A DNA stretch of 64,000 nt from Antedon mediterranea (lineage: Eukaryota > Animalia > Echinodermata), in the NCBI RefSeq assembly GCF_964355755.1, contig NC_092676.1, positions 26,740,871 to 26,804,870 on the forward strand, read 5' to 3'. The notes under the pieces are model-generated. The model did not search any database. It was given only the letters and a program-made list of their open reading frames with translations, and had not been told where the DNA came from. Below, one piece after another: positions 12,011 to 24,900 of this stretch (position 1 is its first letter; the number at the start of each line of letters is the position of its first letter). The translations under genes were made by a program, and so were the position numbers.

Positions 12011-12954
12011 TTTCATTTTAGTTATTTTCGTTTTTAAAAAAAGTAAATTGACTTTTCTGATATATGTATATTTGTTTGTATAGAAATATGTGTTATGTAG
12101 TGTCCGTAAATTGTTTTACTGATGATTTATTGTAAACGAAATTAATGCTATTTAGTAAAATAAGTCTAGACCTAGCCTAGGCTAGAATTTTGTGATCATC
12201 ATAATTATGTTTACAATTTGACGGGACCCGCATGCGGTCTGGTCGGTGTGCATTCCCCCAAATCAAGCCTAGGCCTAGACTAGAGGCCGATGTTGGTTGG
12301 TTGGAACATTCACAGGATGTATGTTATTAAACAAATAATGAATGTTTATAAAGGGAATAGATAGATTATTTTTTAAAGTTGGATAATGGACTAGCCTCTA
12401 GTAGTAGGTTTCGGCTGTTTTATTATTAATTAATTTAAAATTAAGTGGATTTGTCAATATAAATAAGATACAAAACACATTTATTATTAATATTTTGTAA
12501 GGCCTATATATAGTGCCTATAATTATAATGATATTTTTCTCACTTTTACCATGCCATTATGATACATAGAGTGTTAAGCTTAGTAAGGGTCTCGGGATGT
12601 GGTATCCCAATAACATTAATTATTAATTATTTTCACTGGTAAATACCACTTATAACACACATGCTGTGTACTACATAGTAGTATTTGTCAAGGTTTTAAC
12701 TCTTATAATATAATAGAGTACTTGCTCTATATTTTAAAGCACGTGTCGTGTAATTATAGAGGAACAAACATGACATTAAAAGTGCTGCTTCAGGAAAAAA
12801 TTTCTTTAAAAAGTTTGATTGGTAAACTGCTGATCAATTTGAGTTTGAAGTGGAAACAGTTCTGTATTGCGTTTTTGCTACAGTATTTCCAAGCACACAT
12901 GAAGATTTTGATCTTTTATTACCATATTCACATATTTTTTATAGATTCGTAGAA

Positions 12955-15900
12955 ATGGAAAAGCGCAAGTTGTTTTCAACTGTTGGTCCGCCCGCCAAGA
13001 GATCCCACGTCGACTTTGATGACGATCCCTCAACATTTGAAGAAGAGTTAGCACTTTTTGACCAGTTGGAGTCGGCAATGACTAAAGGCGATTCTATCAA
13101 AGATTGTAAGTAAAATTCACTATAATGTGAGTTGTTGGTTATGATGCTTGGCTACCAATCCAAGGGTCCTGGGTTCAAGTCCTGCCAGTGTAAGAATTTT
13201 TTCTAATGACAATTTACAACTCCACTTCCAAAGACTTGTATTAAGACTTTGTTTAAGTAAAGCATCTTGTGCATATGTTTGTCATTCAAGAAGGATAGAA
13301 TGAATTCGCTTATGGTTATCTTTGACAATTTGCCTAAACATAAAAACAAAAAATACGCAGGAGTGTTGGTAATATCATTTATTTTTATGTTTTCTTTTCA
13401 CAAATAATGGGTTTCATATACATTTCCAATGTAGAAACCTCCAATTGTCTGGCAACCTTATTATTACACTTTTTCCGTAGCCTGTGGTGTTCAAGTGTAA
13501 TTAAAACATTTAATCAAAGTATTTAACCTACTACCTGCTAACATCACCCTCACATTAGCCATATTTAAAAAATCCACTTAAAAGTGAATTGAGACGACTA
13601 TATGACGCGCTATACTTATCAGTATCCGAACTAATGCATGTAATTCATGCATATATGAAAAATAATGCACTTACTCCCCACGATAATGTAGCCTAATGGA
13701 TATAACCTTGTACACTTTACTCGTTAAAATATAAGTGCTTGTTCTCTTGTCTGACACGCTTAAGTGTAATCTTAAATGCTAAGACCGATCATTATCAATT
13801 TTCTAAGAATTTAAAATGCAAAAAGCAATTTTTAACGCATTTGACATTTAAAATGAGTATTATTAATAAAATTATCATTTAAAATAAGATTTTGAATAAA
13901 TGAAAAAATGATTTTTTTTTCAATCAAAGTGAGAGTGTTGTGGTCTAAGTAAAATTAAATTATTTCTTTTGTGAATTTATTGAGTGTATGCCTTTTATTT
14001 ATTATTTTTATTTTCATTAAAGGCACGTCAACTACTGGTAAAGAAAAATGGAAAAGGCCGGCTCCACCCATTATTGATCCAAAGGAAGATAGCTTGCTAT
14101 TTCAACAAATAGATTTGGACTATTATATCGGTAAATACATTTGTGTCTAAGTCTAAAAGAAAAATATACTAATTAAGAGTATTAGAATTTTCTGTCTATC
14201 AAACACAATAGATAATTTTCATTCTATTATAAAAATAAATCTGATTATATCTAATCGAACCCAATAGATCGTTGCCCATTGACCTTAATTTAGATTTAAT
14301 TAAAATCCAACATTAGACACCTTGGTTTCTGTATTCTGTATTATATAACTTCATTTTATTCCAATCTTAAAACAAAATTGAAAAAAGTACTTTTGTCTCA
14401 ATGGTTTATTGTTTTTCCTGTCCTTACTAGAGAATTAAAGTGTTTGATATATGTTTCATTCATTCAAAGGTACACATATGAAGGACATGCCAGGCCCCCT
14501 TAATGGCCCTACACCTATTGTTAGAATGTTCGGCATCACCATGGCTGGGAACAGTGTACTGTGTCATATACATGGCTTTACACCCTACTTCTACATCAAG
14601 GCCCCCAGAGATTTCCAGGAAAAGCACTGCCAGATAGTCCGTGACCAGTTGAATAAAGCAGTGCTGGGTGACATGAGGTCAAATAAAGATAGTCTAGCAG
14701 AGGTCATCTTAGCAGTTGACATGGAAAGCAAAGAAAGTGAGTTTTAGCCTTTGATTTTGTTGTACAATATATTTTTATTTGTAATGATTTCATTTTATTA
14801 AAACATTATCTTTAAGGTATTTATGGTTACCATGGAAATAAGAAAGAGCCGTTTCTAAAAATCACATTGGCAACTCCGAAGTTCATAGCACCTGCGAGGA
14901 GGTTACTTGAGCACGGTTCTGTCAATTTCTCGCCATATCCGTCTGCGTGTCATCAAAGCTATGAAAGCAATATAGACTTTGAGATTAGGTAAGTTGTTAT
15001 TTCGCTCATTTTATGATTTGTTCAACTGTGTTAAATGATGCACTCCGTAGCATCTTTTTCATTTTTGTAAGTCATAAGTTGTTCTGAAAGTGTGCAAAAT
15101 TTTGGATGTAATTTTAACTTATGGTAACATTGATAACTGGACAGTTAGTGTTGCATTGATAACTGGACAGTTAGTGTTGCATTGATAACTGGAGAGTGAG
15201 TTAGTGTTGCATTGATAACTGGACAGTGAGTTAGTGTTGCATTGATAACTGGACAGTGAGTTAGTGTTGTATTGACAACTGGACAGTTAGTGGTCCATTA
15301 ATAACTGGACAGTTAGTGGTCTATTGATAATTGGACAATTATTGGTCCATTGATAACTGGAAATTTAGTGGTCCATTGATATCTGGAAAGTAAGTAGTGC
15401 ATTGATAACTGGACAGTTAGTGGTCCTTTGATAACTGGACAGTTAGTGGCTCATTGATAACTGGACAGTTGGTGTTGCATTGATAACTTGACGGTTAGTG
15501 TTGCATTGATAACTTGACGGTTAGTGTTGCATTGATAACTGGACAGTTAGTGGTCCTTTGATAACTGGACAGTTAGTGGCTCATTGATAACTGGACAGTT
15601 GGGTGTTGCATTGATAACTTGACAGTTAGTGTTGCATTGATAACTGGACAGTTAGTGTTACATTGATATGGGCTGTTAGTGGTCCATTGATAACTGGACA
15701 GTTAGTGGTCCATTGATAACTGGACATTTAGTGGCCCATTGATAACTGGACAGTTAGTGGCCCATTGATAACTGGACAGTTAGTGGCCCATTGATAACTG
15801 GACAGTTAGTGGTCCATTGATAACTGGACAGTTAGTGGTCCATTGATAACTGGACAGTTAGTGGTCCATTGATAACTTGACAGTTAGTGGTCCATTGATA

Positions 15901-18900
15901 ACTGGACAGTTAGTGGTCCATTGATAACTGGACAGTTAGTGGTCCATTGATAGCTAGACAGTTAGTGGTCCATTGATAGCTGGACAGTTAGTGGTCCATT
16001 GATAGCTGGACAGTTAGTGGTCCATTGATAGCTGGACAGTTAGTGGTCCATTGATAACTGGACAGTTAGTGGTCCATTGATAACTGAGTTTGATACAAAC
16101 ATCGACGGATTCTCATGTGAAAGGTCTGACCGAACACTAGACTCTGGAAAATCCATTGGAGGCAGTGTTTGCGTTTTTGTCAACAGTCTATGGTGCAACA
16201 ATGTTACGGTGAAATATCGGCGGTGTACTACTAACTATGAACTCATTACTGTTTCGCTTCGTCCATTTTATCTTCCTCGCGAATTCAATAACATTTTTGT
16301 CACAGTAGTCTACATCCACCCGAGAGCTGATATGAAAGTAGCTGCATCTGACATTCAAACCATATTAAGTGAGCTGGACACAGAATCCCTTGATGCTGTT
16401 AAGTTAGTCACTGATGACTTTAACTCGTGCGACCTCAAGAAGGTTTCGAATTATTATCAGTACGTAGACTTTCCCACACGCGGTGACAAAATACTTGATT
16501 GTTGTTACGGCAACATAAAGAACGCGTACAAGTCGTCGCCTAAGGCAGGTCTTGGTAAATCAGATCACAAGATGATTCATTTAATACCAGCTTATAAACA
16601 AAAGTTAAAACAAAGTAAACCAATGGTCAAGGAAATCAAAGTGTGGACAAATGATGATAGTATGGAGGAATTTAAAGGATGTCTTGAAGCTACGAATTGG
16701 GATGTGTTTATGAATACAGATTCTATTGACGCCACTATCGAAACAATTGTTGAATACATTAATTTTTGTGAGTCTAGCATCATTAAAAAGAAGGAAATAA
16801 AAATTTATCCAAATAGTAAACCATGGGTCACTAAGGATATCTGAGAACTTTTACAGCAAAAACAACAAGCTGTTCGCAATAATGATGTTATGGAAAAGAA
16901 GCGTATTCAGAAGTTAATGAAAAAGCGAATTAATGATGCCAAACGCAAATTTGGAGAGAAAATAAAGAATGATTTTGATAGCGGTAACCCCAAGCAAGCA
17001 TGGAATGGATTAAAGAAAGTTATTGGAAACGCGAAAAGGCAGAACCCAACAATAGTTCCATCCGGATCCCGACCATTGGACTTTGCAAATAAACTAAATA
17101 TATTTTTTAACAGATTTGATAATGATGACCAAATTAATAATACTAATGATAATGATGTTAAACTGAACCTAGAGTTAAATACAACCAAATCTGATGTACC
17201 TAAATTTGATCTGCTTTCAGTTGAGAAAGTATTTAAGGGTGTTAAGCCAAATAAAGCAGCTGGGTCAGATAAACTAACTGGCAATATTTTAAAGTCATGC
17301 TATAAACAACTTGCGCCTATCTTTTGTAGATTATTTAACTGGTCGTTAAGCTCTTCTTGTGTCCCATGCATGTGGAAGTATTCAATAATAGCCCCAATAA
17401 GTAAAGTACCTAAGCTGAAAATATTAAATGATTATCGTCCTGTTGCTCTAACCCAAATTATTACAAAGTGCTTTGAGAGTCTATTTAAAGATGTATTGAT
17501 TACAGAAACGTTGCCTTTTGTTGATAATAATCAGTTTGCATACTGTAGTAATAGAGGTGTCGACGATGCAATAACTACCCTCTTGCATCCAATCTATGAA
17601 ACTTTGGATAAACCTAGGCAATATGGAAGGACATTATTTTTAGATTTTTCTTCGGCTTTCAATTCAATGAAACCAAACATACTTCTTGATAAATTAGTTA
17701 GTATGAATGTTAATCCTTTTGTTTGTCTATGGATCAGAGATTTCTTGAAAAACAGAACCCAGCGTGTTAGAATTGATAATGTTTTTTCTGATATCATTGT
17801 TTCAAACACCGGTGCCCCAGAGGGATGCGTGTTATCTCCATTGTTGTTCACATTATATACAAGCGACCTTAGAAGTGAATCATGTGAAGAGTGAGCTTCT
17901 CACAATAACAAGAAAGAAGAAGAAGAAAGTAAAGCAGAAATACACCCTATGTGGAAGCGAAATAAAGAGTGTTGATGTTGCTAAATACCTTGGCGTCAAC
18001 ATCTCCCAAGATATGAAGTGGAACTCCCATGTGGATGCCATAACTTCCAAGGCAGATAATGCACTCAACTTTTTGCGAAGAAACTTGTGTGTCAGGAACA
18101 AACGGATAAAAGGCCTTGCATATAAATGTTGTGTACGCCCTCTATTAGAGTATTCTAACACCGTCTGGGACCCATATAATTCCAATTTAATTGGTAAACT
18201 TGAAATGGTACAGAGAAGAGCGGCTAGATTTGCCTGCAACAACTATAAGCGCACGTCAAGTGTAACCGAAATGATGAAGGTCCTTGGTTGGGAAACCTTG
18301 GAAGAGAGGAGGAGGATAGCTCGACTGTTAATGTTCCATAAGATACACTACTGCAATGTAGCAGCCGATATGAAACTGGTCATGAAAAACACCTGTAGAC
18401 CCAGTCGGAGAGAGAACAGTCAATCATACCATATTCCTCACTCAACAGTTGATTATTTTAGGTATTCATTCTTTCCACGCACTGCCATCGACTGGAATCA
18501 TCTACCAGATAAGGTTGTAAATTGTACTTCTATTCTGGAATTCAAAACCCATATTGTCCAAACTTAATTAAATAGGGTACCCCTTGTCACAACTTACTCT
18601 CTGGGAGTCTCTGTCTTGGTGACAGCTCGCTGGGCAACTGGATGGCTGAGGCGGGGTAAATGGGTATCCAGCTACTTTATTCTGCCTCCTAGGTAGCGGC
18701 CCAGGAAAGTGATAGCGGTTGGCACGGACGGTAGACTTCCATAGTGTTAATGTTGGGTACAGTTTACTCTTTTTTTTACTCTTTACAAGGTGTCTGAATA
18801 CAATACAATTATATAATAGATAGGATAGATCCAATAATTATATATATTCATACTAAACATGTATATATAACTTTAAAAAAAGAGATAAGGGAAAGGGAAG

Positions 18901-21900
18901 AAAAGAGAGAAAGAAAAGTGAAAGGAGAAGTAAGGGGAAAAAAAAAAAAAAAAAATTTAAAAATTAAAAAAAATAAGAATAATAATAATAATAATTAATA
19001 ATAATAATTATAAATAAATAAGGCAGTCAGTTTCTCTCTGTAAAAGAATAACTAAATAGAACAATAATACACAACCAAATACAGTAGAGCTAGCAAAACA
19101 GAGTTGGAGGAGCAGAGTCTTCACATATGAAGTTGGCTCCTAATACGAAGAAGAGAAGAAGATGTCAAATAGTTAAATTTGCTGATGACACCTGTATCAC
19201 AGGCTTAATTGTAAACAATGATGAGAGCACGTATAGAACTGAAGTTAATAATATAATTAACTGGTGTGATATGAACTGTCTAAGTATTAATGTAAATAAA
19301 ACAAAGGAAATTGTGTTTGACTTTCGTAAAATTAAGAGGCAACTTATACCTTTAAATATCAAACATAATGATGTCCGCACAACTAGTGAACATAAATATT
19401 TAGGAGTATGGATAGATGAAAAACTGTCATGGAACGCCAACACTGCCAAAGTCTATGCGAAGGCAAACCAAAGATTGTACTTCTTAAGGAAATTAAGAAA
19501 CTTTAAGATTGGCAGAGATGCGCTGTCTCTATTCCATCAGGCTATGATACAGTCCATATTAACATTTTGCTGTATTGTATGGCTAAATAGTTTATCTAAG
19601 AATAACTCAAATAAATTACAGAGAATAATAAAAATGGCTAAGAAGGTAATAGGTGCAAACGTCCCATCTATCCATGATATATGCGATAAGGTTATGGAGA
19701 AAAAACTAAAATGTATAATTAACGACCAGTCTCATCCTCTTTTTAACTTTATAAATTTCAGTAGATCCGGAAGGATGATTCCTTCAATTAAGAAGACTGA
19801 GCGTCATAATAAATCATTTCTTCCGTGTGCAATCAGGCAATACAACAAGCAATTTAAAAGATAACTTGAGACGTTTTATATTTTATTCTTTATATAGTAT
19901 TTTAATATTTATACTGTTCATAATGTTTTATACATAGCATATTTTCTTATATATTATCTTATCCATTGTATAGTATTGTATGTTTTTAACTGTTGTTATT
20001 TTTACTGTAATTTCAACCTTGGAAGGCAAATTTCATTTACTGTGTATTTGACAATAAATTTTAACTTGAACTTGAACTTGGACAGTTAGTGGTCCATACA
20101 TACCTAGACCCCTAGTGTACCTTCCAAAAATGTTTATTGTAAACAGATTTATGGTTGATACCGAAGTCGTCGGTTGCAACTGGATTGAACTGCCAGCAAA
20201 CCAGTACCATATAAGGAAAACCGGTAACGGAGAATTTGACAAACAGTCGCTGTGTCAGATTGAAGTTGATGTCGCATGGGATGCTTTCATAAGTCACGCC
20301 GCCGAAGGCGAGTGGCAGAAAGTGGCGCCCTTCAGGATACTCAGTTACGATATAGAATGTGCCGGTAGAAAAGGTAGGCTGTTTGACAATGATAACAAAT
20401 GCAGTTACATGTGGGGAAGAATTAAGATCTGAGAAGCACTCAGTCATCTATTTCCACATATGACAATGTTATATGCAAATTCCATCATACAGCATCTTAT
20501 GTGATGTTTTTATCATGGAAGGTTAGGCTAAGTAATTTATAATAATGAATAATAATAGATCTATATTTTTGTATTGTTATTGTATAAATGTGTTTTGTTG
20601 GGGACCCCTTTTGTTGGGGACCCCTTTTGTTGGGGACCCCTTTTGTTTGGGACCCCTTTTGTTTGGGACCCCTTTTGTTTGGGACCCCTTTTGTTTGGGA
20701 CCCCTTTTGTTTGGGACCCCTTTTGTTGGGGACCCCTTTTGTTTGGGACCCCTTTTGTTTGGGACCCCTTTTGTTTGGGACCCCTTTTGTTTGGGACCCC
20801 TTTTGTTTGGGACCCCTTTTGTTGGGGACCCCTTTTGTTTGGGACCCCTTTTGTTTGGGACCCCTTTTGTTGGGGACCCCTTTTGTTTGGGACCCCTTTT
20901 GTTTGGGACCCCTTTTGTTGGGGACCCCTTTTGTTTGGGACCCCTTTTGTTTGGGACCCCTTTTGTTTGGGACCCCTTTTGTTGGGGACCCCTTTTGTTG
21001 GGGACCCCTTTGGAAACAAGGGTTATCTTCTGCTTTCCATGTTTAATTTCTCATGTTTAATGTTTGTATTAGTCTATGTATTTATTTTAATTCATATTTT
21101 ATGCTGTTTTATAAATTTTACTGTTCTTGGAAAGCAACAAATATTACTTACTTACAGACTAAGAATTAGGTTAGTGTTTTAGACCCTCTGTTCTATCTTC
21201 TTTGTGAAATTTGACTTTTTCATAAGATTAAAAAAAATTAGGACATTAATTGAGCATCCAGACGCCCATAGTTAATTGCGTCTCTTTTTTAGGTATTTTT
21301 CCAGAACCTGACAAAGATCCAGTCATTCAGATAGCCAACATGGTTATATGCCAGGGGCAGAAGGACCCATTTGTTCGTAACGTCTTCACTCTCAACTCGT
21401 GCGCACCCATAGTTGGAAGCGATGTGTTGTCCTTCATGAATGAGAGAGATTTACTAAAGGTACAAATTTGTTCCATAAATTTCTTTAAATGTGGTATGGT
21501 ATGGTGTTTAATGTACTCGTGCATGCATGGATTGAAGCTCTGTCTACACTATGAAAATAATTTGACAAAAAAATGTGATGTACCCAACTATGGTAGTGAT
21601 ATGACATCATTATGTCCATATTTGGGCACATCACATCACATTATTTTTCTTTAAAGTTCAATCAAACATTATGTGAATTGATGTACCCATATATGGACAT
21701 GATGATGTCATATTACTACCATAAGTTGGGCACATCACACTTTTTTTGTCAAAATATTTTCATAGTGTAGACAGAGCTTCAATCCATGCATGCATGAGTC
21801 CATTAAACATGTACACATTTTCTGAATCCAAGTCATGTTTTTTTATCATTGCCTTTAATTATGTATAATGAATTATTATAAATGTTATTATATCCTTTTA

Positions 21901-24900
21901 TATTAAAGAGTTGGTCAGAATTTATAAAGGACGTTGACCCTGATATTATTACTGGATACAATATCCAGAACTTTGACATGCCGTACCTCCTGAACCGTGC
22001 AGCTACTTTGAAAGTTAAGGAGTTCCCCTTTTTAGCACGTGTCCTAAACACGCGTAGTGTTATCAAAGATTCAACATTTCAGTCCAAGCAGATGGGCAAG
22101 AGAGAGAACAAAGTTGTGAATATTGAGGGCAGAGTTCAATTCGATTTATTCCAGGTAAATCATTCATTTTAAAGTTTTTAACCTTTTAACAGCTACAATG
22201 CTATCTATTGCATTGTAATTTGTTAAAAAATGTTAAGCTGCCTATAATAAATGTTGTCAAAAAGTGTGACATTTATGTACATTTTTCCTTGCTTCAATTA
22301 TACTCTCCAATAAGCCTAAAGGATTTTTTTGTTTTACAGATTCTTTTGCGGGATTATAAATTGCGTTCGTACAGACTGAATGCTGTCAGTTTTCACTTCC
22401 TAGAAGAACAAAAGGAAGATGTACAGCATTCAATCATTACAGATCTACAAGTAAGAAAAGATACTAAATAATTGTTATACCCAATTCACACATGCAACAC
22501 AAATATAACAAATGGAAGAATATCTGGTAGGATAATCTTACTGAGGCACAGTGCTTTCACACACGGTATAATGTAATGTAAAGGCTGTGTAAAGCTCTGT
22601 CTACACTATCAAAAAAGTGATGTGCCCAAATATGGTAGTGATATGACATCATCGTGTCCATATATGGGCACATCACATTTTCTTATATAAAGTTTGATAG
22701 TGTAGCTTTAATAACCTCTTAAATATATATGCACTAGTGTTACACTGCTGTTGCATGAATGTAATCTTTTAGAGGCCTCCAAAAATTACCAACTTTATCC
22801 ACAAATTTACATCGATCTAATGAAACACTTTACTATGGTTCGTCCAAGGTAACAATACGTTACAATGTTACATTTGGTAAGAGTATCATAGTGTGAATCA
22901 GGTGTAAGTTTAAACTAGGTTTCATTAACCATAGCTCCAGTGTACACAACTAGCTCATATGTCCACATTAAAGAACCTAGTACATCTTTCAAAACGAGTA
23001 GGGGGTTACCCCGGTGTACTAGTACACACAGCCACTGATCATAACTGATCATAACTGATCATAACTGATCATAACTGATCATAACTGGGAAACCAGTCTT
23101 TGAAGATATTACCAAGTATAAATAAATAATACAAACAAAATTATTACAATAATTTTTTTTCGATTTTTAGAATGGTTCCAATCAGACTAGGCGTAGACTT
23201 GCCGTGTACTGTCTTAAAGACGCCATGTTACCCATTCGTCTCCTTGAAAAACTCATGTGTATTATTAACTACATGGAGATGGCCAGAGTCACGGGTGTAC
23301 CGATGACTTATCTGCTTTCTAGAGGACAGCAGATTAAGGTTGTATCGCAGTTGTTGAGGCATTCTAAGGAACAGGATTTGTTAATGCCAACTCAAAAAGT
23401 GGACACTGGTGATGATTATGTAGGAGCTACTGTCATTGAACCAGAAAAAGGGTAAATATGTTACAGTTAAATCAACATAATAGAGGGCGACACATACATT
23501 TTCTTTCATTGTAGTAACCCTAACCCTTACCTTAGTGACCAATGTCTCCCATGAATAGGGGTTAGTGGTACAGTAGTTTTAAAACCATATATATAGCCCA
23601 TCATTAGTTTCTCCTAAATATGGGTGGGTCCCCTAAATGTGGGTGTGTTCTCGAAATGGATGTGTTCCTGAAATGGGGATGTTCGATGGAGGTATTTTGT
23701 TTTTGTTTTGTTCTAAAACCGGAAAAAGCCTTATAGAGGGCGCATCACTTAATGAAAAAACGTTACAGAGAGAATTTTGAAACTTGATTTTTATAAAACA
23801 ATAAGTTAACTCGAAACCTGCCAGGAATAATAGAGAAACTCTATAAATATAAAAAGGGAAAGATTAAAAAAAATTAAAAAATAACTATGGCTATGATTTT
23901 ACTTCTTTTTTTTTTGTGTCTTGTTTAATTTGTTGAGTTGTATTAAAATGTATCTTTTGCCTGAATAAATATTAATAATAATAACTGCAAAAATTGTCAC
24001 CCTCATTTTTTAGTTATAATTAATTTTTAATTAATTATTTTTTAACATTTTCAGGTATTACAATATTCCAATTGCAACGTTAGATTTTTCCTCCTTGTAT
24101 CCGTCCATCATGCAGGCTCACAATCTTTGTTATACTTCACTTCTTTCACAGGGTATGCGGGAAAAGTAAGTGTACAATTGTTTGTTTGTTTGTTTGTTTT
24201 TCTCTATTTATTATTTTGATTACTCTTTGTCTTTACTTTATTATGATGTCTGCAGAATAAAGAAAGAATAAATAAATAAAATATAATAACCAAATTTACT
24301 TTTGCATATTTAATAGATTAAACAATCTATCTGTATGTTTTGCGAAAGTTCTTAATTTCTCTTTATCCAAAATTTAATAGCAAAAAGATAATTTAAATTT
24401 TATCAAAATCAGGAGACATCATGCAATTTATGCAAAAATTAGTCTGCCAAAAGTCTGTGGTATAATTTGACTTAAAAATGTTTGTTTCTTTTTTCTTGAT
24501 AAATGTTGGTGATATTTGACCCGACCTTAATAATTTGATATTAATGCACCAAAAATAATCCTATATGATTAAAAAAACATGCAAAATTCTGAAATATTAA
24601 TAATATTGAAACTAAAATTAAAATTAACAGGTGTTTTATGTTTTCATTATCCAGAGATTATTTTGTCACTTGATCTGTTTACAGGAAGTACTAAAATAAA
24701 AATGTGAATTTGTCTTGAAAAACCATTAGATTAGACCAATAGATATGTAGATTGTTTTGTGCAAAATTGTTAATATATTAACTTCCCTCTTTTTGTTTTC
24801 CTTTGTCTTAAATTTTCTATGCCATATTAGTTAATTTTTATCAAATCAAAACTATTTACAGATTGAATCCGGATGAGTACATCAAAACACCTTCTGGGAA

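Noticed and set aside
13128-13200. tRNA-like A/B boxes as tRNA genes (also 30553, 32180, 40553, 45035)
   Set aside because: No complete cloverleaf; followed by shared SINE bodies.
16077-19864. RT/endonuclease ORFs as an active or domesticated gene
   Set aside because: 5'-truncated, in-frame stop at 16842, nested insertion and degenerate motifs (TDDFN, PEG).
20545-21182. Four long repetitive ORFs ([15 protein letters not shown] / [14 protein letters not shown])
   Set aside because: Translations of a stop-free 16-bp minisatellite inside a POLD1 intron.
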